Source of the DNA: Vibrio vulnificus CMCP6
GTDB taxonomy: Bacteria; Pseudomonadota; Gammaproteobacteria; Enterobacterales; Vibrionaceae
DNA: 32,000 bases
Assembly (NCBI RefSeq): GCF_000039765.1
Contig: NC_004459.3
Coordinates: 30,001-62,000, forward strand
Direction of reading: 5' to 3'
A program made the translations under genes and the position numbers. Each line of letters opens with the position of its first letter. Within the stretch, counting starts at the first letter, position 1. Shown piece after piece: positions 8,503 to 16,829 of the stretch. The notes beneath the pieces were generated by a model that did no database searches, had not been told where the DNA came from, and saw only the letters and a program-made list of their open reading frames with translations.

Positions 8503-9422
8503 GCGCGCTTCTCCCTAAGCTCGGAATAAAGATACGGCACCAAGATGGCCAGAATGCCCCCTAACATCATCATCGCACTGGCGGCACCTAAGCCGATTTG
8601 CCCGCGAGTAAACGAATGAGCGTACATAAAGAGCGCAGGTAAATCCGATGAATAGCCCGGTCCTCCAGCGGTCATCGCAGTGACCAAGTCGAAACTCTTA
8701 ATCGCGATGTGCGAGGTGATGATCACCGCGCTAAAGAACACCGGACGCAAACACGGCAGAATGATTTTCCAATAGATGGTCGGTAGGCTCGCGCCATCAA
8801 TTTGCGCCGCTTTGATGATCGAGGAATCAATACCACGCAAACCCGCGAGAAACATCGCCATAACAAAACCGGACGATTGCCAAACCGCAGCAATCACTAA
8901 GGTGTAAACCGACATCTCCGAGTTCACCAACCAGTCAAATTTAAAGGTTGTCCATCCCCAATCGTTCAACAGTTTTTCTATCCCCAATCCTGGGTTCAAA
9001 ATCCACTTCCACGCCGTACCAGTCACAATGAACGACAGCGCCATGGGATAGAGGTAAATGGTGCGAATTGCCCCTTCCTGACGGATGTTTTGATCCAACA
9101 AAATGGCCAGACCGACACCCAAGACGATGGCAATCGCAATGAAAAGAACGCCAAAAATACCTAGGTTAGTAATCGACGTTACCCAGCGGTCGTTTTCCAT
9201 CAATTTGGCATATTGGTCAAAACCAACAAACTTAAAACTGGGTAGAAAACGGGAGTTAGTCATGGAAAGCGCCGCTGTCCAAAAAATAAATCCGTAGATA
9301 CACACCACCGTCACTAGCATGGTCGGCGCTAACACCAGTTTCGGTAACCAGTGTTGCAAGCGATCAGCTAGCGAAGGTTTTGGTGCGATTTTGCTCGTTG
9401 GCCCACTCAAAATATGCTCCAT
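8499..9422 (-). CDS. Carbohydrate ABC transporter permease (CUT1 family, GltF/GtsB-like)
   Basis: Polytopic protein with an EAA loop (IKAAQIDGASLPTIYWKIILP). I moved the start to Met14 of the ORF (ATG at 9422), which is preceded by aaggaatcgtt. The tracked start at 9461 has no visible RBS. Confidence 0.8.
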   Translation of the reverse strand: MEHILSGPTSKIAPKPSLADRLQHWLPKLVLAPTMLVTVVCIYGFIFWTAALSMTNSRFLPSFKFVGFDQYAKLMENDRWVTSITNLGIFGVLFIAIAIVLGVGLAILLDQNIRQEGAIRTIYLYPMALSFIVTGTAWKWILNPGLGIEKLLNDWGWTTFKFDWLVNSEMSVYTLVIAAVWQSSGFVMAMFLAGLRGIDSSIIKAAQIDGASLPTIYWKIILPCLRPVFFSAVIITSHIAIKSFDLVTAMTAGGPGYSSDLPALFMYAHSFTRGQIGLGAASAMMMLGGILAILVPYLYSELREKRA

Positions 9423-9527
9423 AACGATTCCTTGTAGCGAAAAACACTTCCTACCGAGCAAACGCTCAGAGTGAGAAGATCAGCTGAGATAGGCAGACAG
9501 GCAAAGAACGCCTGCCCGCCTAGGGGG

Positions 9528-10775
9528 TTAGATCGCTGCTTTCACGGCTTTCGCCAGTTTCTGTGCAGCTTCTTTTGGATCCGCCTTGCTGTCGTTAAAG
9601 AAGTTGGTCACCACATCGTAGATCGCACCTTGTGCGTAACTGGTGGTTGAGAGGCCATGCGCCATACTTGGCACGAGATCACCCGACTTCGCGCTGGCTT
9701 TGAAGGTCGCCATCGAGTCAAGCGCACATTGATCAAACTTACTCATGTCCATATCCAAGCGAACTGGAATCGAGCCTTTGTTGAGGTTGAACACTTCTTG
9801 GAACTCTTTGGTCAAGATGGTGCGAGCCAAATCTTGCTGGGCTTTTTGATTGGCTTTGTCGCTCAGTTCAAAGAAAGCAAAGCTGTCGATGTTGAAGGTA
9901 AACTGGCCAGCCGTTCCCGGCGCTGGGGCACAAATGTAGTCTTTGCCCGGTACTTTGCCCGCAGCGCTAAACTCACCTTTTGCCCAGTCACCCATGATTT
10001 GCATCGCCGCTTCACCATTGATGACCATGGAGGTCGCCACGTTCCAATCACGTCCCGGCGCATTGCTGTCGATGTAATCACGCATTTTTTTGAACTTAGT
10101 GAACACTTCCACCATCTTGTCACCAGACAAGACGTTCATGTCCAGATCGACAAACGCTTTGTTGTAATCTTCGCTGCCTAACACATCCAGTGCCACCGCT
10201 TCAAACACGGTCGCGTCTTGCCAAGGTTGGCCACCGTGAGCAAGAGGAATAAAGCCCGCCGCTTTGATTTTGTCCGCTGCGTCAAAGAACTCATCCAAGG
10301 TAGTTGGTAAGCTCACACCCGATTTTTTCAATACATCAGGGTTTGCCCATAGCCAGTTAACACGGTGAACGTTGACAGGCACAGCCACGTATTCACCATC
10401 AAATTTCATCACCTTAGTGACAACGGAAGGCAAGATGCCATCCCAGTTTTCTTGTTTCGCTGTCGCATCGAGAGAAGTGAGGAAACCTAACCCACCCCAT
10501 TCCTGAATATCGTGTCCTTTAATTTGAGCAGCAGACGGAGGGTTGCCTGAAACCGCACGGGTTTTCAGTACCGTCATGGCAGATTCGCCACCACCGCCGG
10601 CAACCGCAAAATCTTTCCAAGTGTGACCTTGCTGTTCAAGCATTTGTTTGAGTACGGCAGCGGATTTCGCCTCGCCACCTGCCGTCCACCAGTGCAGCAC
10701 TTCTACTTCGCCTGCTTGTGCAAAAGAGGCAGCAGAAATAAGAGAGAGGGTAAGTAGGGTTTTCTTCATTTTCAT
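9528..10775 (-). CDS. Periplasmic sugar-binding protein, glucose/mannose-binding (GltB/GtsA)-like
   Basis: 415 aa with a signal peptide ([21 protein letters not shown]). The N-terminal block [22 protein letters not shown]...[41 protein letters not shown] matches my memory of Pseudomonas GltB/GtsA. Substrate is not proven. Confidence 0.75.
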   Translation of the reverse strand: MKMKKTLLTLSLISAASFAQAGEVEVLHWWTAGGEAKSAAVLKQMLEQQGHTWKDFAVAGGGGESAMTVLKTRAVSGNPPSAAQIKGHDIQEWGGLGFLTSLDATAKQENWDGILPSVVTKVMKFDGEYVAVPVNVHRVNWLWANPDVLKKSGVSLPTTLDEFFDAADKIKAAGFIPLAHGGQPWQDATVFEAVALDVLGSEDYNKAFVDLDMNVLSGDKMVEVFTKFKKMRDYIDSNAPGRDWNVATSMVINGEAAMQIMGDWAKGEFSAAGKVPGKDYICAPAPGTAGQFTFNIDSFAFFELSDKANQKAQQDLARTILTKEFQEVFNLNKGSIPVRLDMDMSKFDQCALDSMATFKASAKSGDLVPSMAHGLSTTSYAQGAIYDVVTNFFNDSKADPKEAAQKLAKAVKAAI

Positions 10776-10894
10776 TGTTATCTTCCATGTATCGGATTAG
10801 ACAGATCAGGTCGTGCCTGATATTGAGCAGTCTATCCATAACTGGAGATAAGCATTGCAACAAACCGTAACCACAAAGTAACACCTTTGTTACA

Positions 10895-12337
10895 TTACAC
10901 TTCCAGCCCTTTAGGAATCAGCACTTGCGCACGTAAACCACCCTGCGGCAGATTGCTAATAATGAGATCTCCACCATGTCCGTGTAAGATGTTTCGGCAG
11001 ATACCTAAGCCTAATCCATGCCCTTCACTGTCCTTTGCTAAGCGGAAATAAGGTTCAAACACGGCCTCTAATTGCGCTTCCGCAATTCCCGGCCCTTGGT
11101 CATCAATGGTGACGTAAATCCACTCCTCACTGTGTTCGAGTGTCACCACCGCTTGTTCACCATATTTCACCGCGTTGTCGATCAAATTGGTGAGCACTCG
11201 CTTTATCGCCAGAGGCTTGGCCACCATAGGCTCCATGATGATAGGACGAAAATGGACCTTAGTATCGTGCTGATTATAGGTATCAATCACATGCTCGATC
11301 ATCGCATTGAGATCGATGTAGTCGTTGTTCTCATGCAAATCGGTATCGCGCACACACTGCAGCGCCCCTTTGACCATCATCTCTAAATCATCGAGATCGC
11401 GATTGAACTTGCTGCGTTTGGTGTCATCTTCGAGCAACTCGGCTCGAATGCGCAAACGGGTGATCGGCGTTTTGAGATCGTGAGAAATGGCGGAAAAAAG
11501 ATGCTCTCGGTCTGCCACATAACGGCGAATACGCTGCTGCATGCGATTAAACGCGCGCGTGGCTGTCACCAGCTCACTCGCTCCTTCCTCTTGCAACGGC
11601 GGCTGCTCGATATTGATGCTCATTTCATTGGCCGCTTTGGCTAAGCGCTTGAGCGGCTTCACCTGGCGACGGATCATGGTGTAAGTCAACACTAACAATA
11701 GCGTGGTTGAGAAGAAGAGAAACAAGATCTGCTCACGCCCTAAAATGGTGTCATCTAAGGTCAAATAAGGTGCGGGAAGCAGCGCGGCAATGTAGATCCA
11801 CTCGTGACTTTCTAACTCAATTTGCACCACCAACACGGGGGGATTGATCGGCTCCAAAGTAAGCGTGTGGTGCGCCCACGATTTGGGTAGGTCATGCAGA
11901 TAGATATCGTCTTTCAGCAAACGTAAATTTTGCGGATGCGAGAAGTCAACGGAGATTGAGGCAACCTTGGTGAGTTTTTGCTGCAGCACGCTTTCGACAG
12001 CCAGCACCGAAGCCAGTTTTAACGGTGTATCGGCAATCGGCTCAACAGTCAGCTTCTGTTTATTGAAAGAGACGAAAAAGCGCGTGCCGCCCATATTGCG
12101 GATCTGATCCAGCACGATATGACGATAACGCACGGGTAAGGATTGGAAAAAGGTCACCGTCGAGGCAAACATGCCCGCCATGCTTTCCGACGCAGAGCGA
12201 ATGCCTTGCAGCTCTTTCTGTTTGGACTCGCTATACCAGATAGCGGTGGCGATCCCTTGAGCTATCACCACCGCGAGCAAGGTGAGCAACAGCGTTCTGG
12301 CAACCAAGGAGTTGGGGCGAAACCTCTTCATCTCCAA
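10895..12337 (-). CDS. Sensor histidine kinase (EnvZ-type; GtrS-like by position)
   Basis: 480 aa with two TM segments flanking a periplasmic domain of about 150 aa, then a HAMP domain. H-box FSAISHDLKTPITRL, N-box LIDNAVKYG, G-boxes DDQGPGI and GHGLGLGI. Confidence 0.9.
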   Translation of the reverse strand: MEMKRFRPNSLVARTLLLTLLAVVIAQGIATAIWYSESKQKELQGIRSASESMAGMFASTVTFFQSLPVRYRHIVLDQIRNMGGTRFFVSFNKQKLTVEPIADTPLKLASVLAVESVLQQKLTKVASISVDFSHPQNLRLLKDDIYLHDLPKSWAHHTLTLEPINPPVLVVQIELESHEWIYIAALLPAPYLTLDDTILGREQILFLFFSTTLLLVLTYTMIRRQVKPLKRLAKAANEMSINIEQPPLQEEGASELVTATRAFNRMQQRIRRYVADREHLFSAISHDLKTPITRLRIRAELLEDDTKRSKFNRDLDDLEMMVKGALQCVRDTDLHENNDYIDLNAMIEHVIDTYNQHDTKVHFRPIIMEPMVAKPLAIKRVLTNLIDNAVKYGEQAVVTLEHSEEWIYVTIDDQGPGIAEAQLEAVFEPYFRLAKDSEGHGLGLGICRNILHGHGGDLIISNLPQGGLRAQVLIPKGLEV

Positions 12338-12342
12338 TCACC

Positions 12343-13071
12343 TCAATGTTCGTAGCTAACAGGCACCGATAAAATATAGCCATTACCGCGCATGGTTTTG
12401 ATGTAGTGTGGGTAGCGTGCACTGTCGCCCAGGCGTTGACGCAAACGTGACAGTTGAACATCAATACCGCGCTCAAAAGGCAACGACTCACGCCCCTTAG
12501 TGGCATAAGAAATGGTGTCACGATCGAGGATTTCATCGGGATGGGTCAAAAACAGCATCAGCAAAGCGAAATCACTGCCTGACAGTTCGTGTTGCTGGCC
12601 ATTTTCTTGATGAACAATGCGGTGTGCTAACGTATCCAACCGCCAATCACCAAAAACAATCTGCTTTGGCAGCGTGTCACTTGGCTTCTCCTGCGTGACG
12701 TGCACGCGGCGTAAAACCGCTTTGATGCGCGCCACCAAATGGCGTGGGTTAAAGGGCTTGGCAATGTAATCATCGGCACCAATCTCCAAACCGATGATTT
12801 GGTCTGTCTCTTCCGAGACCGCCGTGAGCATGATGATCGGCACAGTCGATTCACGGCGCATAAATTGGCACAGGCTGAAACCGTCTTCACCGGGAAGCAT
12901 GATGTCGAGCAGGACTAATTCTGGATAGCCGTTTTCTGCAAGGTAGTGTTTTAACTGATGCCCATCCGCCACCGTGGCCACTTGGTATCCGTTGCGGCTC
13001 AAATACTCATCCAGCAGTTCGCGAATTTCGCTATCGTCGTCCACCACTAAAATTCGAGTTACATCCTGCAT
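12343..13071 (-). CDS. OmpR-family response regulator (GltR-like by position)
   Basis: 242 aa. Receiver domain (ILVVDDDSEIRELL, LVLLDIMLPGEDG, KPF) plus a winged-helix output domain (IKTMRGNGYIL). It lies 5 nt upstream of the kinase gene. Confidence 0.9.
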   Translation of the reverse strand: MQDVTRILVVDDDSEIRELLDEYLSRNGYQVATVADGHQLKHYLAENGYPELVLLDIMLPGEDGFSLCQFMRRESTVPIIMLTAVSEETDQIIGLEIGADDYIAKPFNPRHLVARIKAVLRRVHVTQEKPSDTLPKQIVFGDWRLDTLAHRIVHQENGQQHELSGSDFALLMLFLTHPDEILDRDTISYATKGRESLPFERGIDVQLSRLRQRLGDSARYPHYIKTMRGNGYILSVPVSYEH

Positions 13072-13183
13072 CTGAGCTCATCCAAAAAATTACAACTTAT
13101 TTACATAGTGTATCGATTTCAACGCGAACCACTGACGAAAGTTTTAATAATTTTTGAAGCTGATCTGGAGCTAGCTCACAACT

Positions 13184-13327
13184 TATACCCAAACAACTTG
13201 AAGTTGCAGGTAGGCGGCAAATGAGTGAATCCCCATGAGCATAGATACGCTATGTGATTGGGCCGGGCTGGCGTGCCAGTGAACGAATGCAGCCAACACC
13301 GCTGCAGCTTCAAGTAGGAAGGGTATA
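13184..13327. repeat. ERIC/IRU (enterobacterial repetitive intergenic consensus) element
   Basis: Core gtgaatccccatgagcatagat (13223-13244) matches the ERIC core GTGAATCCCCAGGAGCTTACAT at 19/22. Terminal inverted repeats are tataccc...cttgaagttgcag (13184-13209) and ctgcagcttcaag...gggtata (13302-13327). The - strand blocks TTGGCTGC, GGGGATTCACTCA, TTGCCGCCT, CCTGCAACT and TTTGGGTATA all match the remembered consensus. Confidence 0.8.
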
Positions 13328-13338
13328 GCAGGCATAAC

Positions 13339-14811
13339 TTAAGAAGAGCAACTGATGACCATCTTCTTACCCCATTCAGGAGGAAGGTGAGCATACGCTT
13401 CCATTTCGGCTTGCTCGTCATAGGGATTTTTCAGTAGCTTGGCTAGGGTATGCACCTCCGAAAAATCGCCCTGCTGCGCTTTGTCGATCGCCTGTTGCGC
13501 GAGATAATTGCGCAAAATGTACTTAGGATTGACGGCGCGCATTTGCTCACAACGTTGCTGGGCAGATTTCGCCTCTCCAGAGGCGGTTTGCTCCATCGCC
13601 ACCCGTTCAAGGTAACGGCTTAGCCAACCATGGGCGGCGTCTCGGTCAATAAACAGATCGATCACCGTTTGTTCATCCTCCCTATCGAGTTGAGAAAGGG
13701 TACGAAAGAAGCGCGTGTAGTCGGTGTGATTCTCCGCCAACAAAGCAAACATGGCGTTAAATAGCTCGCTGTCTCCCTCTTGCTGGCTAAGCAAACCGAG
13801 CTTTTGCCTCATCAATTGACTAAACACCTTACCGAGTGTCGGTTCGTACTGAGCCAAGGCCAGTTCCAAGTCGTCACGTTCAATTAAGGGTGATAAGGCA
13901 TGCGCCAGTGCAGAGAGATTCCACAGTGCCACACGAGGCTGTTGGTCAAACGCGTAACGGCCTTGATAATCAGAGTGGTTACAGATGTAACCTGGTTCAT
14001 AATCATCGAGGAAACCAAACGGACCGTAATCGAAGGTTTGACCCAAAATCGACATGTTGTCGGTGTTCATCACCCCATGAGCAAACCCCACCGCCTGCCA
14101 CTGGGCAATCATGGTCGCTGTGCGCGCCACCACTTGTTCAAACATCGCCAAATACGGTTTGTCGTGTGCGGTGCACTCAGGCATGTACCATTCGATGACA
14201 TTGTCAGCGAGAAGGCGCAACTCATCATATTGTTCGGTATAGAAAAAATGCTCGAAATGACCAAAGCGGATGTGCGTTTGGGCAAGACGAATCAAACAAG
14301 CGCCCTGCTCGACTTGCTCACGATAGACGGGCGTGTCGCTCACCATCATGCCCAACGCGCGCGTTGTCTCGATGCCAAGAGCGGCCATCGCTTCGCTGCA
14401 GAGGTATTCACGAAGGGTGGAACGCAGCACCGCTCGGCCATCTCCCATGCGAGAAAATGGCGTCAGCCCTGCGCCTTTAAGATGAATATCGAACCACTGC
14501 CCCTGCTGGTTTTGCATTTCGCCCAGCAGTAAGCCTCTTCCATCACCTAAATCTGGGTTGTACACCCCAAACTGATGGCCAGCGTATTTCATCGCTAAGG
14601 GCTTGAAGGCAGAAAACGGCTCCGCACCGGAGAAAACAGAGAGCAGTTGTGGATCGTCAGCGTGCTTGGGTAACGCAAACCCTTGGGCGAGTTCACCATT
14701 CCAAATGACCCAACGGTTATTGTCGAGCGGTTGAGGGGTCACCAAACGATAAAATACCTTGGGGAGTTGAGCGTAGCGTTGAGCAAATTTCACCGACGAC
14801 CAAAGAGACAT
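13339..14811 (-). CDS. selO: Protein adenylyltransferase SelO (YdiU, UPF0061 pseudokinase-fold AMPylase)
   Basis: 490 aa. Family-typical N-terminus (FAQRYAQLP...F...V.P) and blocks [85 protein letters not shown]. Confidence 0.9.
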   Translation of the reverse strand: MSLWSSVKFAQRYAQLPKVFYRLVTPQPLDNNRWVIWNGELAQGFALPKHADDPQLLSVFSGAEPFSAFKPLAMKYAGHQFGVYNPDLGDGRGLLLGEMQNQQGQWFDIHLKGAGLTPFSRMGDGRAVLRSTLREYLCSEAMAALGIETTRALGMMVSDTPVYREQVEQGACLIRLAQTHIRFGHFEHFFYTEQYDELRLLADNVIEWYMPECTAHDKPYLAMFEQVVARTATMIAQWQAVGFAHGVMNTDNMSILGQTFDYGPFGFLDDYEPGYICNHSDYQGRYAFDQQPRVALWNLSALAHALSPLIERDDLELALAQYEPTLGKVFSQLMRQKLGLLSQQEGDSELFNAMFALLAENHTDYTRFFRTLSQLDREDEQTVIDLFIDRDAAHGWLSRYLERVAMEQTASGEAKSAQQRCEQMRAVNPKYILRNYLAQQAIDKAQQGDFSEVHTLAKLLKNPYDEQAEMEAYAHLPPEWGKKMVISCSS

Positions 14812-14888
14812 AGCGCATTCTTCCTGATGAGTTTTTCGCTACGCTACCACAGACTTCTCTCGACAAACACCGAGAGAAATCAGGGGCT

Positions 14889-16523
14889 CTAAACTTTGAA
14901 CTGCGCGACCAAGTCGTCCAATGTTTCGCACTGACCAGCCAACGATAGACAAGCATTTTCTGCACTGCTGACCATTTCCACCATGTGATGACTGTTTTCC
15001 AAAATGTGCATCACATTGTTGTTGACCTCATCGCTGACACTGGTTTGCTCGCTGGCGGCGGTCGCAATTTGTGAGTTCATTTGGCTCATCAACGAAATCG
15101 ATCCGATGATTTCTGCCAGCGAATCACTGGCTTTACCTGCATTATCAATCGTATCGTGGCCACGCTCTTTACTCGCTTGCATCACCGCAACCGCTTCTCG
15201 CGCCCCTTGTTGCAGTTTTTCGATCATCGATTGAATTTCACCCGTGCTTTCTTGAGTACGGCTAGCGAGCGAACGCACTTCATCGGCCACCACGGCAAAG
15301 CCACGACCTTGCTCACCGGCGCGAGCCGCTTCGATCGCTGCGTTTAGCGCCAGCAGATTGGTTTGATCGGCAATGCCTCGAATCACATCAAGAATAGAGG
15401 CAATGTTCGCTACATCGAGATCCAGGTTGTGAATGACTTGGCTGGCGTTATCCACTTCCCCGGCGAGACTTTGAATAGAGCTGACGGTGGTCTTCAAAAT
15501 GGCGTTGGTGTTGTCCGCTTCGCGGTTGGCTTTATGACTGGCCGACGCCGCTTCATTGGCATTCTCGGCAACCGACTGGCTGGTCATCTGCATTTCGTTA
15601 ACCGCGGTGGCCACCATCTCACTTTCTTGTTGCTGCTGGCCTGAGAACTCGGCCACCGTTTGCGTCAGCGTTTTGATGTTCTCCATTTCAGCGCGAACCG
15701 CGTTGGAGGAAATAATCACCTGCTCGACTGTGGAGTGGATCCGAGAAACAAATTGATTAAATGCGCCTGCCAGTAGTCCGAGTTCGTCGTCACTGGTCGC
15801 CACCATGCGTTTTGAGAGATCGCCATCCCCTGACGCGATTTCCGCCATGGCGTGACTAATGCCTTCTATGGGTTTAAGAATTAATTGCTTGGCCATGACG
15901 AAAGAGAGCAGCACCAATGCGATGGAGATAACCGCCCCAGCTTCAATCACATACACACTGTAATCAATCGAACGTTCAACCTCTTCTCTTAGTTGCCCTT
16001 GCACTTGCTCGATTAAGCTGCGAATGGAAACCAGTTGCTGGCGCAATACGGCAAATTGCTGCTCAAACTGGCGACGGTTATCTTGGTAGTAACCCGCCGC
16101 ATTTTTTGGCTGGGCAAACATCGGCTCATAAAGCGCTAACCACGCTTTTGCGGCACTCGTTAGATTCGTCAGTTGCTGACGCTCCGATTCTGGCAACAAA
16201 CCGGCATTAAACAGCTCTCGGACTTTGCCAACTCTCGGTTCGACGTTGTAGGCATTATCTTTAAACTCACCAATGTGATAATCCACCTCGCTTTGTGACT
16301 GCGCCAGTAATATTCCTTGAGCAGCTGTGATCACTTGGTAAATGTCTCGATAACCATCTTCTAAGCTATCCATCACCGGCTGCACTTGAGTATTGAGCAT
16401 TGAATTAAGCTCAGCTTGTTTATTGGCTTGCAGCACATTGATCAGTGTCGTCGCAACGATCACCAATGTCAGTAAGCCAATGGGCAGCATCAGCTTCTGT
16501 TTAATTGAGAGTCGATTGAACAT
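14889..16523 (-). CDS. Methyl-accepting chemotaxis protein
   Basis: 544 aa: TM1, a periplasmic helical domain of about 160 aa, TM2, HAMP, and the highly conserved signalling hairpin ([38 protein letters not shown]). Confidence 0.92.
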   Translation of the reverse strand: MFNRLSIKQKLMLPIGLLTLVIVATTLINVLQANKQAELNSMLNTQVQPVMDSLEDGYRDIYQVITAAQGILLAQSQSEVDYHIGEFKDNAYNVEPRVGKVRELFNAGLLPESERQQLTNLTSAAKAWLALYEPMFAQPKNAAGYYQDNRRQFEQQFAVLRQQLVSIRSLIEQVQGQLREEVERSIDYSVYVIEAGAVISIALVLLSFVMAKQLILKPIEGISHAMAEIASGDGDLSKRMVATSDDELGLLAGAFNQFVSRIHSTVEQVIISSNAVRAEMENIKTLTQTVAEFSGQQQQESEMVATAVNEMQMTSQSVAENANEAASASHKANREADNTNAILKTTVSSIQSLAGEVDNASQVIHNLDLDVANIASILDVIRGIADQTNLLALNAAIEAARAGEQGRGFAVVADEVRSLASRTQESTGEIQSMIEKLQQGAREAVAVMQASKERGHDTIDNAGKASDSLAEIIGSISLMSQMNSQIATAASEQTSVSDEVNNNVMHILENSHHMVEMVSSAENACLSLAGQCETLDDLVAQFKV

Positions 16524-16546
16524 AAATGGCCTTATTCATCGCTGAT

Positions 16547-16573
16547 TGATCGCCCATTCTCAATGACACTCTA
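16547..16573 (-). promoter_or_regulatory. Candidate sigma-28 (FliA) promoter of the MCP gene
   Basis: The - strand reads TAGA-N15-GGCGATCA against consensus TAAA-N15-GCCGATAA (3/4 and 6/8, exact spacing). It ends about 24 nt before the ATG. This is a pattern match only. Confidence 0.3.
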
Positions 16574-16744
16574 GCGCCTTGGCTAGAGGTTTTGAGAACA
16601 AGGCTTACTTGGGGTATGAATTAACTATAGAGCAAAATCAGCCTGTTGCTTGGCGACAACTGAAAAGCGTTTCCATTGCCCACATCAGCTTGCTTAGGTA
16701 GGCGCTGCTCTTCTCAGCAACATTCCCTACACAAGGAAATGGCG

Positions 16745-16772
16745 ATAAAAAAGCGCACTCAAAGTGCGCTTT
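16745..16772 (-). terminator. Intrinsic terminator of the metalloprotease gene
   Basis: On - strand RNA, AGCGCACU/AGUGCGCU forms a stem (16752-16759 with 16763-16770) followed by UUUUUU (complement of the a-run 16746-16751). It lies about 60 nt after the stop codon. Confidence 0.85.
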
Positions 16773-16829
16773 GGATAACAAGATCGTTCGCCACCATTTG
16801 ATGGCTCTGTTAACGAGTGGCTTTGATAA

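Noticed and set aside
9491-9520. Imperfect GC-rich hairpin between the binding-protein and first permease genes of the sugar ABC operon
   Set aside because: The stem needs wobble pairs and a bulge and has no U-run. It is plausibly an mRNA-stabilising stem-loop like the dctP one, but too weak to call as a feature.
10636-10884. 82-aa minus-strand ORF spanning the ABC operon promoter region
   Set aside because: It overlaps the binding-protein start in another frame and covers non-coding repeats, with no motifs.
13176-13421. 81-aa minus-strand ORF overlapping the selO 3' end and the intergenic repeat
   Set aside because: It reads straight through the ERIC/IRU palindrome and overlaps the selO C-terminus. 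It is an artefact of the repeat.
13900-14532. 210-aa plus-strand ORF antisense to selO
   Set aside because: It is a shadow ORF entirely inside a well-supported gene on the opposite strand, with no recognisable motifs. The same reasoning applies to 13836..14198, 9657..10181 (antisense to the binding protein) and 6617..7150 / 7192..7539 (antisense to the ATPase).
14855-14878. 8-bp hairpin (ttctctcg/cgagagaa) between the MCP and selO genes, as an MCP terminator
   Set aside because: No U-tract follows it on the minus strand, so it does not meet intrinsic-terminator criteria. It may still be a processing or stability element.
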